The position numbers and the translations under genes were made by a program. A stretch of DNA of 64,000 nt from Bacillota bacterium (GTDB taxonomy: Bacteria > Bacillota > Clostridia > Peptostreptococcales > Anaerovoracaceae), in assembly GCA_030525285.1 (NCBI GenBank), contig JAUNFA010000004.1, positions 50,928 through 114,927 on the forward strand, in the 5' to 3' direction. Every line of letters starts with the position of its first letter. Within the stretch, counting starts at the first letter, position 1. Shown here piece after piece: positions 47,422 to 57,563 of this stretch. Below the pieces are notes generated by a model. That model saw only the letters and a program-made list of their open reading frames with translations, did no database searches and was not told the DNA's origin.

Positions 47422-48051
47422 ATGAACAAAAGAGCAGCAATCATCACATCATATATCGACACTCCCTTTGACATGAGGGAAGCATCCAAAGATATGGACA
47501 TAATAATATGCACCGACGGTGGCTATGATATTGCCGTAAAATATGGCATCAAGCCTGACTGCCTGCTGGGAGATCTGGACTCAATCAAAGCTCCGGTACC
47601 TGAAGACATTCCCGTTATCAAATTCGATCCGGTCAAGGATTATACCGATTTGCACCTTGCCATCGAGGAAACTCTCAAGCTCGGCGCATCCCACATAGAG
47701 ATATGGGGCGGCATAGGCGGCAGATTTGATCATACAATGGCTAACATCCAGCTCCTTACCGCTTTTTATAAAAAGTGTGACCGTCTCATACTCAAAGACG
47801 GTGCCAACGAGGCTATGATTCTTGCATCCGGCGTGAAACACACAATTTCTGCAAGAGACGGCTGGTATCTCTCACTTTTTTCATTATCAGATACATGCAA
47901 ACCTCTTGAAATTCTGGGAACCAAATATCAGGTGACCGATTTCACCCTGACACGGGATTATCCCATTGCTGTCAGCAATGAATTCGCATCAGAAAATGCC
48001 ACCATCAAAACAGACAGTGGCACGCTTCTCCTTGTATTATCAAAAATGTAA
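47422..48051 (+). CDS. thiN: thiamine diphosphokinase
   Basis: Motifs CTDGG, GDLDS, KDYTD and GGIGGRFDHTMAN. Confidence 0.82.
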   Translation: MNKRAAIITSYIDTPFDMREASKDMDIIICTDGGYDIAVKYGIKPDCLLGDLDSIKAPVPEDIPVIKFDPVKDYTDLHLAIEETLKLGASHIEIWGGIGGRFDHTMANIQLLTAFYKKCDRLILKDGANEAMILASGVKHTISARDGWYLSLFSLSDTCKPLEILGTKYQVTDFTLTRDYPIAVSNEFASENATIKTDSGTLLLVLSKM

Positions 48052-48069
48052 TTTAATTTCCAATGTGAA

Positions 48070-49566
48070 TTATTTTTCCCATTGAAGCACTCTATCAACA
48101 GCTTTGTGCCAGCCGGCAACGAGCTGTTTTCTTTTTTCTTCCTCCATGTCGGGCTGGAATATCCTGTCGATGGCCCAGTTGCTGGAAATATCATCAAGAT
48201 CGTTCCAGTATCCTGTGGCAAGACCTGCCATATATGCAGCTCCCAGGGATGTTGTCTCAATGCATGACGGACGATATACCTTCCTGTCGATAATATCTGA
48301 CTGGAATTCCAGAAGAAAGTCATTGGCACTTGCTCCGCCATCAACCTTGAATGTATGTATTGAAGCCCCCATGTCATCCTCCATTGCACTGATCAAGTCT
48401 CTCGTCTGATATGCCATGGATTCAAGGGCGGCTCTGGCCACGTGTTTCCTGTTGACGCCTCTTGTTATTCCCATAAGTGCTCCCCTGGCATATGGATCCC
48501 ACCATGGAGCACCAAGTCCTGTGAATGCCGGCACGATATATGCTCCGGCTGTATCCTCAACCTGACGTGCCAGAGTCTCAGTTTCCTCAGCACTTTTGAT
48601 TATACCCAGCTCATCTCTAAGCCATTGGATCACAGCTCCGGATACGAATACAGATCCTTCAAGAGCATAATTTACCTTGCCGTCAAGGCCCCAGGCTACC
48701 GTAGTAACCAGACCCTTATTTGACATTACCGGTTTCTCTCCTGTATTCACTAGCATAAATCCGCCTGTTCCGTAGGTATTCTTGGCCTCTCCTCTACCGA
48801 AGCATGCCTGACCAAACAATGCCGCCTGCTGATCTCCGATAGCACCGGAAATGGGAATTTCTCCTCCGAACCATTGAGCATCTGCAGCCCCGTAAATCAT
48901 GCTGCACAGCACCGGTTCCGGAAGCATGCACTCAGGTATTTCCAAAATATCCAAAAGTTCTTCATCCCACTTGAGTTCGTTAATATTAAACATCATGGTC
49001 CTGGATGCGTTGGAATAGTCCGTCACGTGGACTTTACCACCTGTAAGTTTCCATATGAGCCATGTTTCAACAGTGCCAAAAAGCAGTTTGCCAGCTTCCG
49101 CCTTGGCTCGTGCTCCCTCCACGTTATTCAGTATCCACCTCAGCTTGGTACCTGAAAAATATGGGTCTATGAGAAGCCCTGTTTTGCTCCTTACCTTCTC
49201 GTTGAGATCTGCCTTCGTAAGTTCATCACAATATTCTGCAGTTCTCCTGCACTGCCATACTATGGCATTATATACAGGTATTCCCGTATCCTTATCCCAG
49301 ACTATTGTCGTTTCTCGCTGATTCGTTATTCCTATGGAATCAATGTTTTCATAGTTTCCGCCTATGTGCTGCAGCGCATCACGAGCAACCTGAAGCTGGG
49401 TATTCCAAATTTCAACAGGATCATGTTCCACCCATCCGCTATGGGGATAGTATTGAGTAAATTCCTGTTGTGCAGAACTGATCTGTCTGCCCTGTCTGTC
49501 ATATATGATACATCTGGCACTTGTAGTTCCCTGATCAAGAGCCATAATCCACTTTTCTTTCATCAC
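48070..49566 (-). CDS. glpK: glycerol kinase
   Basis: [11 protein letters not shown]-terminus and FGGY-family motifs throughout. 498 aa. Confidence 0.93.
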   Translation of the reverse strand: MMKEKWIMALDQGTTSARCIIYDRQGRQISSAQQEFTQYYPHSGWVEHDPVEIWNTQLQVARDALQHIGGNYENIDSIGITNQRETTIVWDKDTGIPVYNAIVWQCRRTAEYCDELTKADLNEKVRSKTGLLIDPYFSGTKLRWILNNVEGARAKAEAGKLLFGTVETWLIWKLTGGKVHVTDYSNASRTMMFNINELKWDEELLDILEIPECMLPEPVLCSMIYGAADAQWFGGEIPISGAIGDQQAALFGQACFGRGEAKNTYGTGGFMLVNTGEKPVMSNKGLVTTVAWGLDGKVNYALEGSVFVSGAVIQWLRDELGIIKSAEETETLARQVEDTAGAYIVPAFTGLGAPWWDPYARGALMGITRGVNRKHVARAALESMAYQTRDLISAMEDDMGASIHTFKVDGGASANDFLLEFQSDIIDRKVYRPSCIETTSLGAAYMAGLATGYWNDLDDISSNWAIDRIFQPDMEEEKRKQLVAGWHKAVDRVLQWEK

Positions 49567-50711
49567 ACAAACTCCGCCATTATTCTGTTTGAAACATCCA
49601 TACCGTATTCTGTCAGATATAACCGGTCTCCCTCTAGGACAATAAGCCCTTTATTTCTTTTGAGTACTGAATCATCAAATACGTCAAAAAGGTCACGTCC
49701 GAAAGTTCTCCTGAATCTTTCCAGGCTTATGCCCGATTGTTTCCTAAGACCTGTGAAAATGAATATTCCCATTTCATCACGTTCTGTATAGTTCTCCACA
49801 CTGCCCGCATCAATCGGCGCCTTATGAGCCTTAATGCATTTAAGATAATCCAGCATGTTTTCAACGTTCCTGTATCTGACCCCGCCGATAAATGAACTTG
49901 CTCCCAGACCTATGCCGAGATATTCCTCATATGACCAGTATTTCATATTGTGTCTGCCCTCCCTGCCCGGAAGCGCACAATTTGATATCTCGTAATGTTC
50001 ATACCCTTCTTTTTTGAGTAATTCCAGTGCCTGATGATACATTTCTCTGTCGAGAATCTCAGTAGTTTCAGTAAGCTGTCCCGACTTGATTCTGTCATAC
50101 ATCTCAGTTCCCTCTTCAAGAGTCAGGCTGTACATTGATATGTGTTCAGGTTTGAGAAATACGGCTGCCTTCACCGAATCAATCCATTTTTTGAGGGACT
50201 GACCCGGGATTGCGAACATCAGATCCAGATTGATGTTCCTGAATCCTGCGCGTCTTGCCTTCTGATATGCACTGGTTGCCTGATTCTTATCATGAAGACG
50301 TCCCAGCACCGACAAAACGGAATTGTCAAAGGATTGTATTCCTATGCTGAGTCTGTTGATTCCAGTCTCCAGATAAGCGTTAAGTTTCCGGTCATCAAGT
50401 GAATTGGGATTCCCCTCTATTGTAATCTCTGCGTCTTCTGCCACATTAAAGTTTTCTCTTATACAGGACATTATCCTTTTGATGTCCTCGCCTTCAAGAA
50501 GTGAAGGTGTACCTCCTCCAATAAAAACAGTCTCTACAAGCCTGTAAGGCCATGTTTCTCCAAGTATCTTGATTTCTTCACAAAGTGCAACAGCATATTC
50601 AGACAAAGGCTGTTTCTGCGCGCACTTGAAGGAGAGAAAATCGCAGTAACTGCATTTTCTCTCACAGAATGGAATATGAAGATAAAGACCGAGACTATTT
50701 GTTTTCATCAT
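49563..50711 (-). CDS. hemW: radical SAM heme chaperone HemW (oxygen-independent coproporphyrinogen oxidase-like)
   Basis: [16 protein letters not shown] motif. Conserved position downstream of lepA. Confidence 0.88.
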   Translation of the reverse strand: MMKTNSLGLYLHIPFCERKCSYCDFLSFKCAQKQPLSEYAVALCEEIKILGETWPYRLVETVFIGGGTPSLLEGEDIKRIMSCIRENFNVAEDAEITIEGNPNSLDDRKLNAYLETGINRLSIGIQSFDNSVLSVLGRLHDKNQATSAYQKARRAGFRNINLDLMFAIPGQSLKKWIDSVKAAVFLKPEHISMYSLTLEEGTEMYDRIKSGQLTETTEILDREMYHQALELLKKEGYEHYEISNCALPGREGRHNMKYWSYEEYLGIGLGASSFIGGVRYRNVENMLDYLKCIKAHKAPIDAGSVENYTERDEMGIFIFTGLRKQSGISLERFRRTFGRDLFDVFDDSVLKRNKGLIVLEGDRLYLTEYGMDVSNRIMAEFV

Positions 50712-52506
50712 ATTTGAGTACCGCTGTGAATGCTTCCTGCGGTACTTCTACAGTACCGAACTGACGCATTCGTTTCTTACCTTCCTTCTGTTTCTCAAGA
50801 AGCTTTTTCTTTCTTGAAATATCGCCGCCGTAACACTTGGCCAGCACGTCTTTCCTATATGCCTTAACAGTTTCTCTGGCAATGATTTTCTGTCCGATTG
50901 AAGCCTGAATTGGCACCTCAAACTGGTGCATTGGAAGAATTTCCTTAAGCTTGGAGCATACGAATCTGCCGCGGGAATATGCCTTGGACTCGTGAACAAT
51001 CATGCTGAAAGCGTCCACCAGTTCTTTGTTGAGCAGTATGTCAAGCTTCACAACCTTGGACGGCTGATATCTTATGAATTCATAATCCAGCGAGCCGTAT
51101 CCTCTGGTCTTTGACTTCAAAGCATCGAAGAAGTCATAAATAACTTCGTTAAGAGGCATTTCGTAATGGAGGTTGACTCTTGTCTCTGTAATGTATTCCA
51201 TGTGAGTCATTGTACCTCTGCGTTCCTGACAGATTTCCATTATATTGCCCACGTATTCCTTTGGCACCATTATGTCAGCCTTAACCATCGGTTCTTCTAT
51301 ATGATCAATCTCTGACGGATCCGGAAGATTGGACGGGTTCTGTACCATTTCAACGGAACCATCTGTCATGACAACTTTGTATATTACACTTGGCGATGTG
51401 GTTACTACCGCCAGGTCAAATTCTCTCTCAAGTCTTTCGACTATAATCTCCATGTGAAGCAGTCCCAGGAATCCGCACCTGAAGCCGTATCCCAAAGCTG
51501 TGGACGTTTCTGGTTCAAAATGGAATGCCGCGTCGTTTACCTGAAGCTTCTCCAAAGCATCCTTGACTGTTTCGTACTTCTCGCCCTCTGCAGGATAGAT
51601 TCCGCAGTAAACCATTGGCTGTACCTTCTTATAGCCTGGCAAAGGTTCCTCTGTAGGATTCTCTTCCATGGTAATGGTGTCGCCGACGCGGGCATCTGCA
51701 ACGTGTTTGATGCTTGCACATATATATCCAACCTCGCCTGCACGAAGTTCTTTGCATTCGACAGGTCCCGGAGAATATGTTCCTACTTCGGTGACTTCGT
51801 ACTTCTTGCCTGTATTCATCAGGCGGATAATGTCGCCCTTTCTTACAGTGCCGTCAAAAATACGCGAATATATTACAACTCCCTTGTAGCTGTCATAGTA
51901 GGAGTCAAAAATCAATGCCTTAAGCTTGGCGTTCTCGTCGCCTTGGGGAGCCGGAATATCCGTAACTATTCTTTCCAGAAGTTCCTCAATTCCCAGACCT
52001 TCCTTGGCACTTACAAGAGGAGCATTCTGTGCTTCAATGCCTACCACATCCTCAATTTCCATTTTCACTTCATCAGGTCTTGCCGATGCCAGGTCTATCT
52101 TATTGAGAACGGGCATTATTTCCAGGTCCTCATCCATTGCAAGATATACATTTGCCAGTGTCTGAGCCTCTACGCCCTGAGTCGCGTCAACTACGAGAAC
52201 TGCACCCTCGCATGCTGCAAGGCTTCTGGAAACCTCATAGGTAAAGTCTACATGTCCCGGTGTATCTATAAGATTAAAAACATATTCATTGCCGTCCTTG
52301 GAATTGAATATAAGACGTGTGGTCTGAAGTTTTATCGTTATTCCTCTTTCTCTCTCCAGATCCATGTTGTCGAGAAACTGTTCCTTCATTTCACGCTGTG
52401 AAACAAGCCCTGTCTTCTCTATGATTCTATCGGCAAGAGTCGACTTGCCGTGGTCGATATGCGCTATAATGCTGAAATTTCTTATATAGTCTTTGTAATT
52501 GCTCAT
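50695..52506 (-). CDS. lepA: translation elongation factor 4
   Basis: [21 protein letters not shown]1 motif, [12 protein letters not shown], and a LepA-specific C-terminal domain. Confidence 0.95.
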   Translation of the reverse strand: MSNYKDYIRNFSIIAHIDHGKSTLADRIIEKTGLVSQREMKEQFLDNMDLERERGITIKLQTTRLIFNSKDGNEYVFNLIDTPGHVDFTYEVSRSLAACEGAVLVVDATQGVEAQTLANVYLAMDEDLEIMPVLNKIDLASARPDEVKMEIEDVVGIEAQNAPLVSAKEGLGIEELLERIVTDIPAPQGDENAKLKALIFDSYYDSYKGVVIYSRIFDGTVRKGDIIRLMNTGKKYEVTEVGTYSPGPVECKELRAGEVGYICASIKHVADARVGDTITMEENPTEEPLPGYKKVQPMVYCGIYPAEGEKYETVKDALEKLQVNDAAFHFEPETSTALGYGFRCGFLGLLHMEIIVERLEREFDLAVVTTSPSVIYKVVMTDGSVEMVQNPSNLPDPSEIDHIEEPMVKADIMVPKEYVGNIMEICQERRGTMTHMEYITETRVNLHYEMPLNEVIYDFFDALKSKTRGYGSLDYEFIRYQPSKVVKLDILLNKELVDAFSMIVHESKAYSRGRFVCSKLKEILPMHQFEVPIQASIGQKIIARETVKAYRKDVLAKCYGGDISRKKKLLEKQKEGKKRMRQFGTVEVPQEAFTAVLKYDENK

Positions 52507-52569
52507 TTATTCCCTCTCAAGTTAGTTTCATACAGTCTAATTTTAATTGAAAATCATTGAGATTTCAAC

Positions 52570-52598
52570 TTGCAATTTACTCTCTTCTCGCCTATAAT
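52570..52598 (+). promoter_or_regulatory. candidate rpsT promoter
   Basis: TTGCAA (52570-52575), 17 nt, TATAAT (52593-52598). Confidence 0.6.
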
Positions 52599-52643
52599 AG
52601 GCGTGTATGATTTTAGCTTTTAGTAAGAAAGTGGGGTAATTTA

Positions 52644-52910
52644 ATGGCAAACATAAAATCAGCAAAGAAAAGAATCAAAGTTATTGACAGGAAAACTGCA
52701 AGAAACAGACGTGTTAAGGGTCACCTTAAGGCTATTCTTAAGAGTTTTGACGCAGCTTTAGAAGCAGGCGACATGGCTACAGCTAAGGAACTGCTCGTAA
52801 AGGCTGAAAAGAAGCTCAATCAGGCAGCAGCTAAGAATGTTCTTCACAAGAATGCTGCTTCAAGAAAGGTTTCAAGACTCAATAAGAGATTCAACAAGGC
52901 TAACGCCTAA
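52644..52910 (+). CDS. rpsT: 30S ribosomal protein S20
   Basis: MANIKSAKKRIKV N-terminus. 88 aa, basic. Confidence 0.95.
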   Translation: MANIKSAKKRIKVIDRKTARNRRVKGHLKAILKSFDAALEAGDMATAKELLVKAEKKLNQAAAKNVLHKNAASRKVSRLNKRFNKANA

Positions 52911-52978
52911 GTCTCACCCGTCCCCACCAGTGCATAAGTTAAATGCACAGATGAGCAACGAACGAATTGTTCTATAAA

Positions 52979-53008
52979 AAAGATGGATGTGTCTCCCATC
53001 TTTTTTTA
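52979..53008 (+). terminator. Rho-independent terminator after rpsT
   Basis: AAGATGG ... CCATCTT stem followed by T7. Confidence 0.65.
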
Positions 53009-53068
53009 TTGCCCAAAATATGCTAAAATGTATAAACATTTTAACTGATTCAAACAAGGAGGTTACTC

Positions 53069-53779
53069 ATGAGTTTACATATTGGTGCCAAACCAGGAAG
53101 CATCGCTCCAACCGTACTGCTTCCCGGAGATCCGCTTAGAGCTAAATACATAGCTGAGACATACCTTGACAACCCCGTATGTCATAACGAAATCCGCAAC
53201 ATGCTCGGTTACACCGGAACCTATAAGGGTGTGCCTGTTTCGGTTCAGGGTACAGGCATGGGAATGCCGTCCATGGGCATATATTCCTGGGAACTGATTA
53301 CTGAATACCAGTGCCGCAATCTTATCAGAATAGGTACAGCCGGCTCATTTTCAAAGGATTACAACCTGCGCGACATCGTTGTGGGATTATCTGCTTCAAC
53401 AGATTCAAACTATGCACACGCCTTTGACATTTCAGGCACTCTGGCGCCTACAGTAAGTGATGAACTTCTCACCCACGTTGAGGATGCTTCATCAAAGCTT
53501 GATATCCCTCTTCACAGAGGCAATATCGTTTCCTGTGATGTATTTTACGAAACAGAACCAGACTGGTGGAAGCGCTGGGCCAACATGGGTGTGGTCGCTG
53601 TTGAGATGGAAGCCGCAGCACTATACCTTAACGCTGCATATCACAAGGTTAACGCTCTCGCCATGATGACTATAAGCGACAATTTCGTTACAGGCGACAA
53701 ATCAACTCCAGAAGAAAGACAGGAATCATTTACAGAAATGATGGAAGTGGCTCTCGAAGCTGCAATCAACTGTAAATAG
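53069..53779 (+). CDS. deoD: purine-nucleoside phosphorylase (DeoD type)
   Basis: Motifs LLPGDPLRAKYIAE, GTGMGMPS and VEMEAAALY. Confidence 0.92.
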   Translation: MSLHIGAKPGSIAPTVLLPGDPLRAKYIAETYLDNPVCHNEIRNMLGYTGTYKGVPVSVQGTGMGMPSMGIYSWELITEYQCRNLIRIGTAGSFSKDYNLRDIVVGLSASTDSNYAHAFDISGTLAPTVSDELLTHVEDASSKLDIPLHRGNIVSCDVFYETEPDWWKRWANMGVVAVEMEAAALYLNAAYHKVNALAMMTISDNFVTGDKSTPEERQESFTEMMEVALEAAINCK

Positions 53780-53790
53780 CGAAGAGAACA

Positions 53791-54162
53791 ATGAAAATAT
53801 TAGAATCAGCAGAAAACTATCTGGAATCCATATTGATTTTAAAGAAAGAGAAAGGCAATGTGCGTTCAATCGATGTTGTCAATTATCTCGGCTTCAGCAA
53901 ACCCAGTGTAAGTGTCGCCATGAAACAGCTTGAAGCTAATGGATTCATTACCCGTGACAAGGACGGCCTCATTAATCTGACAGAAGAAGGCAAACAGATT
54001 GCAGAGAATATATACGAAAAGCACGCCCTTCTGACACGCCATTTCATAAGTATCGGTGTATCCGCCGAAACTGCCAGAGAAGACGCCTGCCGTATAGAGC
54101 ATTACATCAGTCAGGAAACCTTTGATGCCCTTAAACGGCATCATATGAACAAGCATGAATAA
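53791..54162 (+). CDS. DtxR/MntR family metal-dependent transcriptional regulator (short form)
   Basis: AENYLESILIL ... VRSIDVVNYLGFSKPSVSVAMKQLEANGFI winged HTH plus a dimerisation helix. No SH3-like domain. Confidence 0.72.
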   Translation: MKILESAENYLESILILKKEKGNVRSIDVVNYLGFSKPSVSVAMKQLEANGFITRDKDGLINLTEEGKQIAENIYEKHALLTRHFISIGVSAETAREDACRIEHYISQETFDALKRHHMNKHE

Positions 54163-54175
54163 AATACTAATAATC

Positions 54176-54210
54176 AAAAACTGCCGCATCCTGTGATATG
54201 GCAGTTTTTA
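54176..54210. terminator. bidirectional Rho-independent terminator
   Basis: AAAACTGCC ... GGCAGTTTT between convergent genes. Confidence 0.7.
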
Positions 54211-54253
54211 TATTCTGTTCAATTAATTGCATATATAACAAACTTTCCCTGAT

Positions 54254-54745
54254 TTATTCAGAAAATGCAAGTCCTTCAACCTTATGTCCGAGAAGAGTCT
54301 CAAGTCTATCCTGCTGTGATTTGCGCGCCATATCAAATCCGTACTGATAAAAATCCAGCACGTCAGCATCCTTTACAATTTCATCCAAAGGTGCCCCCAC
54401 TTCTTCCTTTTTGCTGTGATCTCTCACTGCCACGGCAATCAGGTCTATCTCTTCATCATCAAACAGACCTGTTCCCTTGAGGAACTCCTGCACCGGTTCA
54501 TATCCCGCTTCTGCGTGACCTGCCTGCTTCCCGGTTATTATCCTGCCATAATCATGACATGCACATGCCGCCTCTGCAAGCACCGGATCCACACCTCTCT
54601 CCTCAGCAAGTATGCGTCCGATTTTGGCGCAGCTTACAATATGAATACGTTCCCAGTCTATGAACTTGTCTCTTTCGGGTATTAACTTCTCATATTTGTT
54701 TATTTCATTAAGCAGTGCACTCTGCAACCTCAAAATTTTCTTCAT
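54254..54745 (-). CDS. HD domain-containing protein
   Basis: H...HD metal motif (ACACHDYGR) and a downstream DADVLD. Confidence 0.6.
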   Translation of the reverse strand: MKKILRLQSALLNEINKYEKLIPERDKFIDWERIHIVSCAKIGRILAEERGVDPVLAEAACACHDYGRIITGKQAGHAEAGYEPVQEFLKGTGLFDDEEIDLIAVAVRDHSKKEEVGAPLDEIVKDADVLDFYQYGFDMARKSQQDRLETLLGHKVEGLAFSE

Positions 54746-54811
54746 TTATTCATCTCCTTTTGTTAAAACAAATATATACGATAAATCATTGCAAATCAAG
54801 TGAGGTGCACC

Positions 54812-54841
54812 ATGAAGCAACTAACACATATATCAAAATGA
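54812..54841 (+). CDS. possible 9-codon upstream ORF (MKQLTHISK)
   Basis: GAGG (54802-54805) lies 6 nt upstream of the ATG at 54812. Its TGA stop overlaps the ATG of the next ORF (ATGA). Confidence 0.15.
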   Translation: MKQLTHISK

Positions 54842-55014
54842 TTAATTCCAAGGATCTCATACTTGCAAACCTGATGGATGATCTGACTCACGTTTCAGAT
54901 CTGACTTCTCAATCCATGGAATACAAATTTTATGAAGCCAATGCTTCTGAAACATTTGATGACATTATGAAACAGGCTGAATTACATATCCAGTCATCCG
55001 GACTACACTATTGA
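54838..55014 (+). CDS. possible 58-aa protein of unknown function
   Basis: ORF MINSKDLILANLMDDLTHVSDL... has no SD of its own but is start/stop-overlapped with the upstream 9-codon ORF. A strong plus-strand terminator follows. Confidence 0.25.
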   Translation: MINSKDLILANLMDDLTHVSDLTSQSMEYKFYEANASETFDDIMKQAELHIQSSGLHY

Positions 55015-55046
55015 TTACTGCGCTCTGCAGTTAAACTTGTGAGGGT

Positions 55047-55085
55047 GAGAGGTATCGCAGTCAAACTGCGAACCTCTCGTTTTTA
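55047..55085 (+). terminator. strong Rho-independent terminator with no large upstream gene
   Basis: GAGAGGTaTCGCAG-tcaaa-CTGCGAACCTCTC followed by GTTTTT. Confidence 0.7.
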
Positions 55086-55247
55086 ATTTGAAATTTCAAT
55101 TTCGTTAAGTTTATCATTTTATCGGTTTAACAATTATCAAAGCTTCTGCATTTCATTCTCAGGTCACACGACGGTTTGTAAAAGGGTATCGTCAATAATT
55201 TATTATCATGTACACCTGTTCTCTGTTGCTTTTGCTGCTTTAATAAT

Positions 55248-55886
55248 CTAGGTTGTAATGAAATCCTTTAACTTCTCATAGGTTTTGTCACCTATCCCCG
55301 ACACTTTCTTAATATCTGCAATATCTGAGAATCTGCCATTGCTCTCCCTATAGGCAATAATCTTATCCGCAGTTGCAGGACCTACGCCGGTTAATGTCTG
55401 CAATTCCTGAGAATCTGCCGTATTAATGTTAACTTTACTGTTATTATAAAACGAATTACTGCCTTCGGAGCTGTTGCCCGAACCTGCCGATAAAGTATCG
55501 TCCACCGAAGGAATGTATATCTTATCACCGTCATTTACAACTGCTGCCCTGTTGATATCTGCTATATCCGCCTTATCGGTAAGGCCTCCTGCCGCTTTAA
55601 TGGCATCTTCAACGCGGCATCCGGAATCAAGTTCTGCAACCATGGGATTTACCACCTCGCCGCCAATATCAACACACACCCTTTCTGATGAAGTCTCTTC
55701 AATTACAACCGTCTCCTCCTCAACACTCACCTCCTCTTCCTTTCCATGGGATGACAGCATCAGTGCTGCAGCTACTACAACAATTAGCAGAATGCCTATT
55801 CCCTTAAGTATGCTCCTGTTCTTCTCAACAAAATCCCTTACCTTCGGGTTTGCCATCAGTTTATCCCACAGATCCCTTACCGACAT
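55248..55886 (-). CDS. comEA: ComEA family DNA-binding protein (SLBB plus helix-hairpin-helix)
   Basis: N-terminal TM helix and C-terminal INTADSQELQTLTGVGPATADKIIAYRESNGRFSDIADIKKVSGIGDKTYEKL. Start set at ATG 55886 (GAGAGG 9 nt upstream), not the TTG at 55904. Confidence 0.85.
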   Translation of the reverse strand: MSVRDLWDKLMANPKVRDFVEKNRSILKGIGILLIVVVAAALMLSSHGKEEEVSVEEETVVIEETSSERVCVDIGGEVVNPMVAELDSGCRVEDAIKAAGGLTDKADIADINRAAVVNDGDKIYIPSVDDTLSAGSGNSSEGSNSFYNNSKVNINTADSQELQTLTGVGPATADKIIAYRESNGRFSDIADIKKVSGIGDKTYEKLKDFITT

Positions 55887-55887
55887 T

Positions 55888-56739
55888 TCACGCTGTCCTC
55901 TCAATAGTCTTCTCAGTTATGTTGCAATAATAAATTTCCTTGCTCAACCTGTCTTCCGGAGCCGTTTCGTATGTAGAAAGTCTGAAGGATATATTCTCCA
56001 TAAACTTCTTTGACATTCCTGCACCATCCCTGACCAGAAGTACCGAGTGCACTGTGAAAGGCAAAATGTAAAAGTTGTTTCCGATCAATTCACCGGCTTT
56101 TTCCGGAAAATCCGGATAAAACATACAACCTGCACCTTTGTAATGATCGTTACATCCCGCCACAAATATGTCATCGCAGAATTTCCTGAAATCAACAGGA
56201 TAATTCTCGGGCAACGTCTCCATTAATATCTCGTATAACTCTTCTTCATCTAACCCGAAGTTACTTAGCAGACCGTTAGTCACAACGCAAGTGAGAATCC
56301 CTTCATCTTCCTGAGGAAGTATCATCCTATAAATAAGCGCCATATCATTCCACATTCTAAACGGAATGTCGTCCCTAATATCCTCTATGCTTCGACTGCT
56401 AACTGGCTGAATCATGACATGCTTAATGAAAAACTCCAGATCCCCCATAATCATTTCAAGTTCGTCAGGTCTTTCGTGTATCGCCTCCATAATATTTGAA
56501 GCGATAGAGGTCATTGCTGCTGAGAATTCTTCCGAACCGTCCACATTCTCATAAACACTTTTAAGATTCATGCAAACCCCTACTGATGAATCTTTCATCC
56601 TGAAACAAATGCCATCATACGATTCACTGAGATGTTTCTCAGTTCGCTTTACCTGAATATCCGCATCCCTGTATTCAGGTGGTAAGTATTCAGGAAGACT
56701 CTTCCTGACTTTATCAAGAAAATCAAAATAACTACTCAT
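55888..56739 (-). CDS. DUF5688-like hypothetical protein
   Basis: N-terminal FLDKVRKSLPEYLPPEY...VKRTEKHLSESYDGICF and C-terminal FYILPFTVHSVLLV match my recollection of the DUF5688 pattern. No search was run. Confidence 0.5.
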   Translation of the reverse strand: MSSYFDFLDKVRKSLPEYLPPEYRDADIQVKRTEKHLSESYDGICFRMKDSSVGVCMNLKSVYENVDGSEEFSAAMTSIASNIMEAIHERPDELEMIMGDLEFFIKHVMIQPVSSRSIEDIRDDIPFRMWNDMALIYRMILPQEDEGILTCVVTNGLLSNFGLDEEELYEILMETLPENYPVDFRKFCDDIFVAGCNDHYKGAGCMFYPDFPEKAGELIGNNFYILPFTVHSVLLVRDGAGMSKKFMENISFRLSTYETAPEDRLSKEIYYCNITEKTIERTA

Positions 56740-56898
56740 CCCATTCTCCTTTACTCCTCCTGTTTTAAATTTACCATTATTTTACAGTTGATGGTAATAT
56801 TTGTCAATGGGTTGTTTGTTATATTTTACCATTACATTATTTTATTGTTTTATGATATCATTAATATGAGTACAAATTTGTAAGGAGGAGTATGTTTT

Positions 56899-57462
56899 AT
56901 GAAATTCGTAATTATTACAGGCAGTTCACGCAATGATTCAAATACCAAAAGAATGGCTGCTTCCTTCGAAGGCGCAGCATACATTAAAGCTCTTGCTACA
57001 GGCCAGCAGGTTTCAGTCAAGAATATTGATGCATCTCAGTTAAATATCGGTCTATGTCAGGCATGCGACACTTGTTTCAGCACTGGCAAGCCATGTTCAT
57101 ACGATGATGACTTTAATACGGTTGCTGATGCCATCCTTGAGGCAGACGGCATTGTAATAGCCGCTCCCGTTTACTGGTATGGCCTTCCTGCTTCAGTTAA
57201 ATTACTCATGGATAAATGCTATTCATTCTACAACAGCATCGAAAAAAGATTTGAGGGTAAAAAAGCCGCCCTTCTCAGCTGTTGTGGTGATGAGGATTCT
57301 TCCACCTTCGACGGAATCAAATTTGAATTCGAAAAATCAATGGAAATCATGTCCGCAGAAGTTGTCGGAGAGGTTCTCGTCGCAGGAGTATATCCTGAGG
57401 GTGCCGTTAAATCAACCAGCGGTATCGATCAGGCAGCCCAACTCATAAACAAATTTATGTAA
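56899..57462 (+). CDS. flavodoxin-like fold FMN reductase / iron-sulfur flavoprotein-like protein
   Basis: MKFVIITGSSRNDSNT N-terminus, Cys cluster CQACDTCFSTGKPC, and APVYWYG. Confidence 0.7.
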   Translation: MKFVIITGSSRNDSNTKRMAASFEGAAYIKALATGQQVSVKNIDASQLNIGLCQACDTCFSTGKPCSYDDDFNTVADAILEADGIVIAAPVYWYGLPASVKLLMDKCYSFYNSIEKRFEGKKAALLSCCGDEDSSTFDGIKFEFEKSMEIMSAEVVGEVLVAGVYPEGAVKSTSGIDQAAQLINKFM

Positions 57463-57470
57463 ACAAGATA

Positions 57471-57515
57471 AAACCGCTACAATCGTTTGAATTTCAACGA
57501 TTATAGCGGTTTTAT
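57471..57515. terminator. bidirectional Rho-independent terminator
   Basis: AAACCGCTAcAATCGTT ... AACGATTaTAGCGGTTT long hairpin between convergent genes. Confidence 0.75.
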
Positions 57516-57563
57516 CAACTCTTTTTGTTCTATATCTCTCAAAGGCAAATTTCTACATATTAA

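Noticed and set aside
51454-52401. 315-aa plus-strand ORF inside lepA
   Set aside because: Antisense shadow ORF of lepA. Its Cys/Leu-rich composition is implausible.
55887-55904. TTG start for comEA at 55904, as in the ORF track
   Set aside because: It would overlap the upstream gene by 17 nt and has no SD. ATG 55886 has GAGAGG 9 nt upstream and directly follows the upstream stop.
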